Shown: piece after piece, positions 41,201-54,726 of the stretch | How positions within the stretch are numbered: position 1 is the first letter of the stretch | Layout of the letters: the number at the start of each line of letters is the position of its first letter | Assembly: GCF_009914755.1 (NCBI RefSeq) | Contig: NC_060948.1 | From: the human T2T-CHM13v2.0 reference genome, Homo sapiens | DNA length: 64,000 bases | Strand: one strand, 5' to 3' | The notes under the pieces: generated by a model | The model's input: only the letters and a program-made list of their open reading frames with translations | Database searches by the model: none | Told to the model about the DNA's origin: nothing | Position numbers and translations under genes: made by a program

Positions 41201-44200
41201 ATGGACTCGAATAGAATGGACACGAATGCTCAAATTAAATGGACTCGAATGGAATGGAAACGAAAGGAATGTCATCGAATGGAATTGAATCGATTGGAAT
41301 GAAATCGCATAGAATGGAGTGGAATCAAATGGAATTGAATCGAAAGGAAAGGAAGCGAATGGACTGAAATGAAATGGAATGGAATTGAATGGAAAGTAAT
41401 GCAATGGAATAGAATGGAACGAAATTTCACGGAATGGAATCAAACTGAATGGAATCAAATCAATGGAATCAAATCAAATGGAATGGAAAGGAATTGAATG
41501 GAGTAGATGGGATTGGATGGGATTGGAATGAAATGTACTGGAAAGGACTCGAATTTCATGAAACGGAATGGAATGAATTGGAAAGGAATGGACTCGAATG
41601 GAATGGAATGTCATGGGATGGCATCAAACGGAATGGCATCAAATGGAATGGAATCGAATGCAATGGAATGCTATGGAATGGAATGGAATGCATTGGAATG
41701 GAATGTCCTCTAATGGAATGGATTCGAGTGGAATGGAATTGAATATAATGGAGTCGAATGAAATGGAATTGAAAGGAATGGGATCGAATACAATGGAATA
41801 TACTGGAATGTAACGTAATGAACTCGAATGTAATTGACTGGAATGGAATGTACATGAATGGAATGTAATCGAATGGAAAGTAATCCAATGGAATAGAATC
41901 TAATGCAATAAAATCGACTCAGATAGAGTAGAATGTAATGGAATGGAGTGCAGTGCAATGGAATGGAATGGAATGGAATGCAATGGAATGGAATGGAATG
42001 GAATGGGATGGAATGGTATGGAATGGATAGTAATGGACTGGAGTGAAATGGACTGGAAAGGAATGGACTCAAATTGAAAGGGCACGAAAGGAATGGAGTC
42101 AAATGGAATGGTCTGGAATGGAATGAACACGAATGTAATGCAACCCAATAGAATGGAATCGAATGGCATGGAATATAAAGAAATGGAATCGAAGAGAATG
42201 GAAACAAATGGAATGGAATTGAATGGAATGGGAACGAATGGAGTGAAATTGTATGCAGTAGAAGTGAATAGAATGGAATGCAAGCGAAAGGAAAGGAATG
42301 GATTGGAATGGAATGGAATTCATTGGAATGGAAGGGAATGTAGTGTAATGGACAGGCCTGGAATAAAGTGGAATGCTACGGTCTCGAATGGAATAAAAAT
42401 GTATGGAATGGAATGCAATGAAACGGAATCGAATGTCATAGAATGTAATGGAATGCAAAAAAATGGAATCCAAAATCATTGACTGGAAAGGCTGGGTGTC
42501 GAAAGGAATTGACTCCAATGGAATGGAATCGAATGGAATGGAAGTGAATAGAATCGAACTAAATCGAATGGAATGGAATTGATAGGAACGGAATGGAAAG
42601 GAATGCAATGATTTGGCATGGAATGGAATCGAATGGCATCGAATGGAATGGAATGGAATGCAATGGAATGGAATGTATTAGAATGGAATGAACTTTAATG
42701 GAATGTACTCGAATGGATTCGACTGGAATGGAATGTTCTGGAAGTGAATGGACTCCAATGGAATGGATTCAAAAGGAATGGAATCGTACGGAATGGAATC
42801 TAATGGAATGGAATTAAATGGAAATGAATCAAATTGAATAGCACGGAATTGAATTGAATGGAATGGAATGCAATGGAATCTAATGAAACGGAAAGGAAAG
42901 GAATGGAATGGAATGGAATGGGCTGGAATGGAAAGGAATCGAAACGAATGGAATGGAATCGAACTGAAGAGACTGGAATGGAATGCACTGGAATGGAAGG
43001 GAGTGTAATGGAAGGTTCTCGAAAAAAATGGAATCGAATGGAATGGAATTGAATGGAACGGAATAGAGTCGAATGGAATTGAATGGAATGGAATGGACTA
43101 GAGTGAAATGGAATCGAACCACAAGGAATGGACAGGAATAGAATGGTCTCGAATTGAATGGAATCGTATGGAATGGCATCAAACGGAATGGAATGGACAG
43201 CCACGGAATGGAATGCACTCGAATGCAATGAAGTCGAAACTAACGGACTGGAATAGAATGGACTCGACTGGTACGGACTCCAATGGAATGGAATCGAATG
43301 GAAGGGAATCGAACGGAAGGGAATCGAACGGAATGGACTCGAAGGGAAAAGACTGCAATGGAAAGGTCTCGAATGGAATGGAAATTAATGGAATGGAATG
43401 GAATCGAATGAAATGGAGTCAAAAGGAATAGAATCGAATGGCAAGAAATCGAATGTAATGGAATCGCAAGGAATTGATGTGAACGGAACGGAATGGAATG
43501 GAATCCAAAGGAATGGAATAGAATGGAATGGAATCGAATGGAAAGGACTCGAATGGAAATCACTCGAATAGAATGCAATTTAATAAAATAGGATCAAATG
43601 TAATGGAATGGAATGGAAAGGAATCGAAACGAAAGGAATGGAGACAGATGGAATGGAATGGAACAGAGAGCAATGGTATAGAATGGAATGGAATCATCTG
43701 GAATGGAATTGAATGGAATGGAATAATAAGAAATGGAATGGAATGGAATGGAATGGAATGGAATGCCCTTGAATTAAATGGACTGGAATGGAATGGACTC
43801 AAACAGAGTGGAATGGAAAGTGTGGAGGTAGAATGGAATGAACTCCTTTGGAATGGACTAGTAGGCAATGCAATCGACTGGCAGGGAATCAAAAGGAATG
43901 TAATCGAATGGATTGGACTGGAATGCAATGGACTCGAATAGATTGGAAACGGAATGCAAAGAATGGAATGGAATAGTATGGAATGGAATGGAAAGGAATG
44001 GAGTGGAATAGACTAGAGTGGAATGGAATGGACTGGAAAGCAATGGACTGGAATGGAACTTTCTTGAATGGACTGGAATCAAACGGAATGGAATGCAATG
44101 CAATCAAATGGCATGGAATAAAATAGAATGAAAGAGAATCAAATGGAATTGAATCGAATGGAATCGAATGGATTGGAAAGGAATAGAATGGAATGGAATG

Positions 44201-46435
44201 GAATTGACTCAAATGGAATGGACTAGAATGGAATGGATTCGAATGGAAGGCAAAGGAATGGAATCTATTGGAATGGACTGTAATGGAATGGAATGGAAGG
44301 GATTGGAATGGACTCGAATGGAATGGACTGCAATAGAAAGGATTCGAATGGAATGAAAAAGAATTGAATGGAATAGAACAGAATGGAATCAAATCGAATG
44401 AAATGGAATGGAATAGAAAGGAATGGAATGAAATGGAATGGAAAGGATTCGAATGGAATGCAATCGAATGGAATGGAATCGAACGGAATGGAATAAAATG
44501 GAAGAAAACTGGCAAGAAATGGAATCGAAATGAATGGAGTGTTATGGAACGGACTCAAAAGGAATTGAATGTAATAGAATGGAGTGGAGTGGACTCGAAT
44601 ATAATGGACTGGAATGGAATGAAATCACATGGAATGGGAACGAATGGAATGGAATGGAAAGGAATGGAATCGAATGGAAAGGAATCGAATGGAAGGGAAT
44701 GAAATTGAATCAACACGAATGGAAGGGAATAGAATAGACGGTAATGGAATGGACTCGAATAGAATGGACACGAATGCTCAAATTAAATGGACTCGAATGG
44801 AATGGAAACGAAAGGAATGTCATCGAATGGAATTGAATCGATTGGAATGAAATCGCATAGAATGGAGTGGAATCAAATGGAATTGAATCGAAAGGAAAGG
44901 AAGCGAATGGACTGAAATGAAATGGAATGGAATTGAATGGAAAGTAATGCAATGGAATAGAATGGAACGAAATTTCACGGAATGGAATCAAACTGAATGG
45001 AATCAAATCAATGGAATCAAATCAAATGGAATGGAAAGGAATTGAATGGAGTAGATGGGATTGGATGGGATTGGAATGAAATGTACTGGAAAGGACTCGA
45101 ATTTCATGAAACGGAATGGAATGAATTGGAAAGGAATGGACTCGAATGGAATGGAATGTCATGGGATGGCATCAAATGGAATGGCATCAAATGGAATGGA
45201 ATCGAATGCAATGGAATGCTATGGAATGGAATGGAATGCATTGGAATGGAATGTCCTCTAATGGAATGGATTCGAGTGGAATGGAATTGAATATAATGGA
45301 GTCGAATGAAATGGAATTGAAAGGAATGGGATCGAATACAATGGAATATACTGGAATGTAACGTAATGAACTCGAATGTAATTGACTGGAATGGAATGTA
45401 CATGAATGGAATGTAATCGAATGGAAAGTAATCCAATGGAATAGAATCTAATGCAATAAAATCGACTCAGATAGAGTAGAATGTAATGGAATGGAGTGCA
45501 GTGCAATGGAATGGAATGGAATGGAATGCAATGGAATGGAATGGAATGGAATGGAATGGAATGGAATGGGATGGAATGGTATGGAATGGATAGTAATGGA
45601 CTGGAGTGAAATGGACTGGAAAGGAATGGACTCAAATTGAAAGGGCTCGAAAGGAATGGAGTCAAATGGAATGGTCTGGAATGGAATGAACACGAATGTA
45701 ATGCAACCCAATAGAATGGAATCGAATGGCATGGAATATAAAGAAATGGAATCGAAGAGAATGGAAACAAATGGAATGGAATTGAATGGAATGGAATTGA
45801 ATGGAATGGGAACGAATGGAGTGAAATTGTATGCAGTAGAAGAGAATAGAATGGAATGCAAGCGAAAGGAAAGGAATGGATTGGAATGGAATGGAATTCA
45901 TTGGAATGGAAGGGAATGTAGTGTAATGGACAGGCCTGGAATAAAGTGGAATGCTACGGTCTCGAATGGAATAAAAATGTATGGAATGGAATGCAATGAA
46001 ACGGAATCGAATGTCATAGAATGTAATGGAATGCAAAAAAATGGAATCCAAAATCATTGACTGGAAAGGCTGGGTGTCGAAAGGAATTGACTCCAATGGA
46101 ATGGAATCGAATGGAATGGAAGTGAATAGAATCGAACTAAATCGAATGGAATGGAATTGATAGGAACGGAATGGAAAGGAATGCAATGATTTGGCATGGA
46201 ATGGAATCGAATGGCATCGAATGGAATGGAATGGAATGCAATGGAATGGAATGTATTAGAATGGAATGAACTTTAATGGAATGTACTCGAATGGATTCGA
46301 CTGGAATGGAATGTTCTGGAAGTGAATGGACTCCAATGGAATGGATTCAAAAGGAATGGAATCGTACGGAATGGAATCTAATGGAATGGAATTAAATGGA
46401 AATGAATCAAATTGAATAGCACGGAATTGAATTGA
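32227..46435 (+). repeat. Units U10-U13, subfamily II variants (3544, 3544, 3543, 3578 bp)
   Basis: U10-U12 have a 35-bp shorter tail (-20 in the GGAAT run, -15 GGAATTGAATGGAAT) linked to GGGCACGAAA and GAAGTGAAT. U12 and U13 share a 1-bp deletion. Confidence 0.87.
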
Positions 46436-49086
46436 ATGGAATGGAATGCAATGGAATCTAATGAAACGGAAAGGAAAGGAATGGAATGGAATGGAATGGG
46501 CTGGAATGGAAAGGAATCGAAACGAATGGAATGGAATCGAACTGAAGAGACTGGAATGGAATGCACTGGAATGGAAGGGAGTGTAATGGAAGGTTCTCGA
46601 AAAAAATGGAATCGAATGGAATGGAATTGAATGGAACGGAATAGAGTCGAATGGAATTGAATGGAATGGAATGGACTAGAGTGAAATGGAATCGAACCAC
46701 AAGGAATGGACAGGAATAGAATGGTCTCGAATTGAATGGAATCGTATGGAATGGCATCAAACGGAATGGAATGGACAGCCACGGAATGGAATGCACTCGA
46801 ATGCAATGGAGTCGAAACTAACGGACTGGAATAGAATGGACTCGATTGGTACGGACTCCAATGGAATGGAATCGAATGGAAGGGAATCGAACGGAATGGA
46901 CTCGAAGGGAAAAGACTGCAATGGAAAGGTCTCGAATGGAATGGAAATTAATGGAATGGAATGGAATCGAATGAAATGGAGTCAAAAGGAATGGAATCGA
47001 ATGGCAAGAAATCGAATGTAATGGAATCGCAAGGAATTGATGTGAACGGAACGGAATGGAATGGAATCCAAAGGAATGGAATAGAATGGAATGGAATCGA
47101 ATGGAAAGGACTCGAATGGAAATCACTCGAATAGAATGCAATTTAATAAAATAGGATCAAATGTAATAGAATGGAATGGAAAGGAATCGAAACGGAAGGA
47201 ATGGAGACAGATGGAATGGAATGGAACAGAGAGCAATGGTATAGAATGGAATGGAATCATCTGGAATGGAATTGAATGGAATGGAATAATATGAAATGGA
47301 ATGGAATGGAATGGAATGGAATGCCCTTGAATTAAATGGACTGGACTCGAACAGAGTGGAATGGAAAGTGTTGAGATAGAATGGAATGGACTCCTTTGGA
47401 ATGGTCTAGTATGCAATGCAATCGACTGGCAGGGAATCAAAAGGAATGTAATCGAATGGATTGGACTGGAATGCAATGGACTCGAATAGATTGGAAACGG
47501 AATGCAAAGGAATGGAATGGAATAGTATGGAATGCAATGGAAGGGAATGGAGTGGAATAGACTAGAGTGGAATGGAATGGACTGGAAAGCAATGGACTGG
47601 AATGGAACTTTCTTGGATGGATTGGAATCAAACGGAATGGAATGCAATGCAATCAAATGGCATGGAATAAAATAGAATGAAAGAGAATCAAATGGAATTG
47701 AATCGAATGGAATCGAATGGATTGGAAAGGAATAGAATGGAATGGAATGGAATTGACTCAAATGGAATGGACTAGAATGGAATGGATTCGAATGGAATGG
47801 AATGTCATGGAATGGCATCAAATGGAATGGCATCAAATGGAATGGAATCGAATGCAATGGAATGCTATGGAATGGAATGGAATGCATTGGAATGGAATGT
47901 CCTCTAATGGAATGGATTCGAGTGGAATGGAATTGAATATAATGGAGTCGAATGAAATGGAATTGAAAGGAATGGGATCGAATACAATGGAATATACTGG
48001 AATGTAACGTAATGAACTCGAATGTAATTGACTGGAATGGAATGTACATGAATGGAATGTAATCGAATGGAAAGTAATCCAATGGAATAGAATCTAATGC
48101 AATAAAATCGACTCAGATAGAGTAGAATGTAATGGAATGGAGTGCAGTGCAATGGAATGGAATGGAATGGAATGCAATGGAATGGAATGGAATGGAATGG
48201 AATGGAATGGAATGGAATGGGATGGAATGGTATGGAATGGATAGTAATGGACTGGAGTGAAATGGACTGGAAAGGAATGGACTCAAATTGAAAGGGCTCG
48301 AAAGGAATGGAGTCAAATGGAATGGTCTGGAATGGAATGAACACGAATGTAATGCAATCCAATAGAATGGAATCGAATGGCATGGAATATAAAGAAATGG
48401 AATCGAAGAGAATGGAAACAAATGGAATGGAATTGAATGGAATGGAATTGAATGGAATGGGAACGAATGGAGTGAAATTGTATGCAGTAGAAGAGAATAG
48501 AATGGAATGCAAGCGAAAGGAAAGGAATGGATTGGAATGGAATGGAATTCATTGGAATGGAAGGGAATGTAGTGTAATGGACAGGCCTGGAATAAAGTGG
48601 AATGCTACGGTCTCGAATGGAATAAAAATGTATGGAATGGAATGCAATGAAACGGAATCGAATGTCATAGAATGTAATGGAATGCAAAAAAATGGAATCC
48701 AAAATCATTGAATGGAAAGGCTGGGTGTCGAAAGGAATTGACTCCAATGGAATGGAATCGAATGGAATGGAAGTGAATAGAATCGAACTAAATCGTATGG
48801 AATGGAATTGATAGGAACGGAATGGAAAGGAATGCAATGATTTGGCATGGAATGGAATCGAATGGCATCGAATGGAATGGAATGGAATGCAATGGAATGG
48901 AATGTATTAGAATGGAATGAACTTTAATGGAATGTACTCGAATGGATTCGACTGGAATGGAATGTTCTGGAAGTGAATGGACTCCAATGGAATGGATTCA
49001 AAAGGAATGGAATCGTACGGAATGGAATCTAATGGAATGGAATTAAATGGAAATGAATCAAATTGAATAGCACGGAATTGAATTGA
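46436..49086 (+). repeat. Truncated unit U14, 2651 bp (903-bp internal deletion, junction ~47788-47797)
   Basis: GGATTCGAATGGAA runs directly into TGGAATGTCATGG. 3579 - 15 - 10 - 903 = 2651 matches the anchor spacing. Confidence 0.9.
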
Positions 49087-52000
49087 ATGGAATGGAATGC
49101 AATGGAATCTAATGAAACGGAAAGGAAAGGAATGGAATGGAATGGAATGGGCTGGAATGGAAAGGAATCGAAACGAATGGAATGGAATCGAACTGAAGAG
49201 ACTGGAATGGAATGCACTGGAATGGAAGGGAGTGTAATGGAAGGTTGTCGAAAAAAATGGAATCGAATGGAATAGAATTGAATGGAACCGAATAGAGTCG
49301 AATGGAATTGAATGGAATGGAATGGACTAGAGTGAAATGGAATCGAACCACAAGGAATGGACAGGAATAGAATGGTCTCGAATTGAATGGAATCGTATGG
49401 AATGGCATCAAACGGAATGGAATGGACAGCCACGGAATGGAATGCACTCGAATGCAATGGAGTCGAAACAAATGGACTGGAATAGAATGGACTCGACTGG
49501 TACGGACTCCAATGGAATGGAATCGAATGGAAGGGAATCGAACGGAAGGGAATCGAACGGAATGGACTCGAAGGGAAAAGACTGCAATGGAAAGGTCTCG
49601 AATGGAATGGAAATTAATGGAATGGAATGGAATCGAATGAAATGGAGTCAAAAGGAATGGAATCGAATGGCAAGAAATCGAATGTAATGGAATCGCCAGG
49701 AATTGATGTGAACGGAACGGAATGGAATGGAATCCAAAGGAATGGAATAGAATGGAATGGAATCGAATGGAAAGGACTCGAATGGAAATCACTCGAATAG
49801 AATGCAATTTAATAAAATAGGATCAAATGTAATGGAATGGAATGGAAAGGAATCGAAACGAAAGGAATGGAGACAGATGGAATGGAATGGAACAGAGAGC
49901 AATGGTATAGAATGGAATGGAATCATCTGGAATGGAATTGAATGGAATGGAATAATATGAAATGGAATGGAATGGAATGGAATGGAATGCCCTTGAATTA
50001 AATGGACTGGAATGGAATGGACTCAAACAGAGTGGAATGGAAAGTGTGGAGATAGAATGGAATGAACTCCTTTGGAATGGTGTAGTATGCAATGCAATCG
50101 ACTGGCAGGGAATCAAAAGGAATGTAATCGAATGGATTGGACTGGAATGCAATGGACTCGAATAGATTGGAAACGGAATGCAAATGAATGGAATGGAATA
50201 GTATGGAATGCAATGGAAGGGAATGGAGTGGAATAGACTAGAGTGGAATGGAATGGACTGGAAAGCAATGGACTGAAATGGAACTTTCTTGGATGGACTG
50301 GAATCAAACGGAATGGAATGCAATGCAATCAAATGGCATGGAATAAAATAGAATGAAAGAGAATCAAATGGAATTGAATCGAATGGAATCGAATGGATTG
50401 GAAATGAATAGAATGGAATGGAATGGAATTGACTCAAATGGAATGGACTAGAATGGAATGGATTCGAATGGAAGGCAAAGGAATGGAATCTATTGGAATG
50501 GACTGTAATGGAATGGAATGGAAGGGATTGGAATGGACTCGAATGGAATGGACTGCAATAGAAAGGATTCGAATGGAATGAAAAAGAATTGAATGGAATA
50601 GAACAGAATGGAATCAAATCGAATGAAATGGAATGGAATAGAAAGGAATGGAATGAAATGGAATGGAAAGGATTCGAATGGAATGCAATCGAATGGAATG
50701 GAATCGAACGGAATGGAATAAAATGGAAGAAAACTGGCAAGAAATGGAATCGAAATGAATGGAGTGTTATGGAACGGACTCAAAAGGAATTGAATGTAAT
50801 AGAATGGAGTGGAGTGGACTCGAATATAATGGACTGGAATGGAATGAAATCACATGGAATGGGAACGAATGGAATGGAATGGAAAGGAATGGAATCGAAT
50901 GGAAAGGAATCGAATGGAAGGGAATGAAATTGAATCAACACGAATGGAAGGGAATAGAATAGACTGTAATGGAATGGACTCGAATAGAATGGACACGAAT
51001 GCTCAAATTAAATGGACTCGAATGGAATGGAAACGAAAGGAATGTCATCGAATGGAATTGAATCGATTGGAATGACATCGCATAGAATGGAGTGGAATCA
51101 AATGGAATTGAATCGAAAGGAAAGGAAGCGAATGGACTGAAATGAAATGGAATGGAATTGAATGGAAAGTAATGCAATGGAATAGAATGGAACGAAATTT
51201 CACGGAATGGAATCAAACTGAATGGAATCAAATCAATGGAATCAAATCAAATGGAATGGAAAGGAATTGAATGGAGTAGATGGGATTGGATGGGATTGGA
51301 ATGAAATGTACTGGAAAGGACTCGAATTTCATGAAACGGAATGGAATGAATTGGAACGGAATGGACTCGAATGGAATGGAATGTCATGGGATGGCATCAA
51401 ATGTAATGGCATCAAATGGAATGGAATCGAATGCAGTGGAATGCTATGGAATGGAATGGAATGCATTGGAATGGAATGTCCTCTAATGGAATGGATTCGA
51501 GTGGAATGGAATTGAATATAATGGAGTCGAATGAAATGGAATTGAAAGGAATGGGATCGAATACAATGGAATATACTGGAATGTAACGTAATGAACTCGA
51601 ATGTAATTGACTGGAATGGAATGTACATGAATGGAATGTAATCGAATGGAAAGTAATCCAATGGAATAGAATCTAATGCAATAAAATCGACTCAGATAGA
51701 GTAGAATGTAATGGAATGGAGTGCAGTGCAATGGAATGGAATGGAATGGAATGCAATGGAATGGAATGGAATGGAATGGAATGGAATGGAATGGAATGGG
51801 ATGGAATGGTATGGAATGGATAGTAATAGACTGGAGTGAAATGGACTGGAAAGGAATGGACTCAAATTGAAAGGGCTCGAAAGGAATGGAGTCAAATGGA
51901 ATGGTCTGGAATGGAATGAACACGAATGTAATGCAACCCAATAGAATGGAATCGAATGGCATGGAATATAAAGAAATGGAATCGAAGAGAATGGAAACAA

Positions 52001-52665
52001 ATGGAATGGAATTGAATGGAATGGAATTGAATGGAATGGGAACGAATGGAGTGAAATTGTATGCAGTAGAAGAGAATAGAATGGAATGCAAGCGAAAGGA
52101 AAGGAATGGATTGGAATGGAATGGAATTCATTGGAATGGAAGGGAATGTAGTGTAATGGACAGGCCTGGAATAAAGTGGAATGCTACGGTCTCGAATGGA
52201 ATAAAAATGTATGGAATGGAATGCAATGAAACGGAATCGAATGTCATAGAATGTAATGGAATGCAAAAAAATGGAATCCAAAATCATTGACTGGAAAGGC
52301 TGGGTGTCGAAAGGAATTGACTCCAATGGAATGGAATCGAATGGAATGGAAGTGAATAGAATCGAACTAAATCGAATGGAATGGAATTGATAGGAACGGA
52401 ATGGAAAGGAATGCAATGATTTGGCATGGAATGGAATCGAATGGCATCGAATGGAATGGAATGGAATGCAATGGAATGGAATGTATTAGAATGTAATGAA
52501 CTTTAATGGAATGTACTCGAATGGATTCGACTGGAATGGAATGTTCTGGAAGTGAATGGGCTCCAATGGAATGGAATCAAAAGGAATGGAATCGTACGGA
52601 ATGGAATCTAATGGAATGGAATTAAATGGAAATGAATCAAATTGAATAGCACGGAATTGAATTGA
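49087..52665 (+). repeat. Unit U15, subfamily II type B, 3579 bp
   Basis: Anchor spacing. Shares CTTTCTTGGAT, GGAAATGAATAG, CAACACGAAT and GACATCGCAT with U7 and U10. Confidence 0.87.
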
Positions 52666-54726
52666 ATGGAATCGAATGCAATGGAATCTAATGAAACGGA
52701 AAGGAAAGGAATGGAATGGAATGGAATGGGCTGGAATGGAAAGGAATCGAAACGAATGGAATGGAATCGAACTGAAGAGACTGGAATGGAATGCACTGGA
52801 ATGGAAGGGAGTGTAATGGAAGGTTCTCGAAAAAAATGGAATCCAATGGAATGGAATTGAATGGAACGGAATAGAGTCGAATGGAATTGAATGGAATGGA
52901 ATGGACTAGAGTGAAATGGAATCGAACCACAAGGAATGGACAGGAATAGAATGGTCTCGAATTGAATGGGATCGTATGGAATGGCATCAAACGGAATGGA
53001 ATGGACAGCCACGGAATGGAATGCACTCGAATGCAATGGAGTCGAAACTAATGGACTGGAATAGAATGGACTCGACTGGTACGGACTCCAATGGAATGGA
53101 ATCGAATGGAAGGGAATCGAACGGAATGGACTCGAAGGGAAAAGACTGCAATGGAAAGGTCTCGAATGGAATGGAAATTAATGGAATGGAATGGAATCGA
53201 ATGAAATGGAGTCAAAAGGAATGGAATCGAATGGCAAGAAATCGAATGTAATGGAATCGCAAGGAATTGATGTGAACGGAACGGAATGGAATGGAATCCA
53301 AAGGAATGGAATAGAATGGAATGGAATCGAATGGAAAGGACTCGAATGGAAATCACTCGAATAGAATGCAATTTAATAAAATAGGATCAAATGTAATGGA
53401 ATGGAATGGAAAGGAATCGAAACGAAAGGAATGGAGACAGATGGAATGGAATGGAACAGAGAGCAATGGTATAGAATGGAATGGAATCATCTGGAATGGA
53501 ATTGAATGGAATGGAATAATATGAAATGGAATGGAATGGAATGGAATGGAATGCCCTTGAATTAAATGGACTGGAATGGAATGGACTCGAACAGAGTGGA
53601 ATGGAAAGTGTTGAGATAGAATGGAATGGACTCCTTTGGAATGGTCTAGTATGCAATGCAATCGACTGGCAGGGAATCAAAAGGAATGTAATCGAATGGA
53701 TTGTACTGGAATGCAATGGACAGGAATAGATTGGAAACGGAATGCAAAGGAATGGAATGGAATAGTATGGAATGGAATGGAAAGGAATGGAGTGGAATAG
53801 ACTAGAGTGGAATGCAATGGACTGGAAAGCAATGGACTGGAATGGAACTTTCTTGAATGGACTGGAATCAAACGGAATGGAATGCAATGCAATCAAATGG
53901 CATGGAATAAAATAGAATGAAAGAGAATCAAATGGAATCGAATCGAATGGAATCGAATGGATTGGAAAGGAATAGAATGGAATGGAATGGAATTCACTCA
54001 AATGGAATGGACTAGAATGGAATGGATTCGAATGGAAGGCAAAGGAATGGAATCTATTGGAATGGACTGTAATGGAATGGAATGGAATTGAATGGAATGG
54101 GAACGAATGGAGTGAAATTGTATGCAGTAGAAGGGAATAGAATGGAATGCAAGCAAAAGGAAAGGAATGGATTGGAATGGAATGGAATTCATTGGAATGG
54201 AAGGGAATGTAGTGTAATGGACAGGCCTGGAATAAAGTGGAATGCTACGGTCTCGAATGGAATAAAAATGTATGGAATGGAATGCAATGAAATGGAATCG
54301 AATGTCATAGAATGTAATGGAATGCAACAAAATGGAATCCAATATCATTGACTGGAAAGGGTGGGTGTTGAAAGGAATTGACTCCAATGGAATGGAATCG
54401 AATGGAATGGAAGTGAATAGAATCGAACTAAATCGAATGGAATGGAATTGATAGGAACGGAATGGAAAGGAATGCAATGATTTGGCATGGAATGGAATCG
54501 AATGGCATCGAATGGAATGGAATGGAATGCAATGGAATGGAATGTATTAGAATGTAATGAACTTTAATGGAATGTACTCGAATGGATTCGACTGGAATGG
54601 AATGTTCTGGAAGTGAATGGACTCCAATGGAATGGATTCAAAAGGAATGGAATCGTACGGAATGGAATCTAATGGAATGGAATTAAATGGAAATGAATCA
54701 AATTGAATAGCACGGAATTGAATTGA
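52666..54726 (+). repeat. Truncated unit U16, 2061 bp (1503-bp internal deletion, junction ~54075-54087), subfamily I-like
   Basis: GGACTGTAATGGAATGGAATGGAA runs into TTGAATGGAATGGGAACGAATGGAGTGAAATTG. 3579 - 15 - 1503 = 2061. Carries subfamily I alleles. Confidence 0.9.

Noticed and set aside
47123-48082. Unique 319-aa fusion ORF across the 903-bp deletion
   Set aside because: A by-product of joining two stop-poor satellite frames; no evidence of coding.
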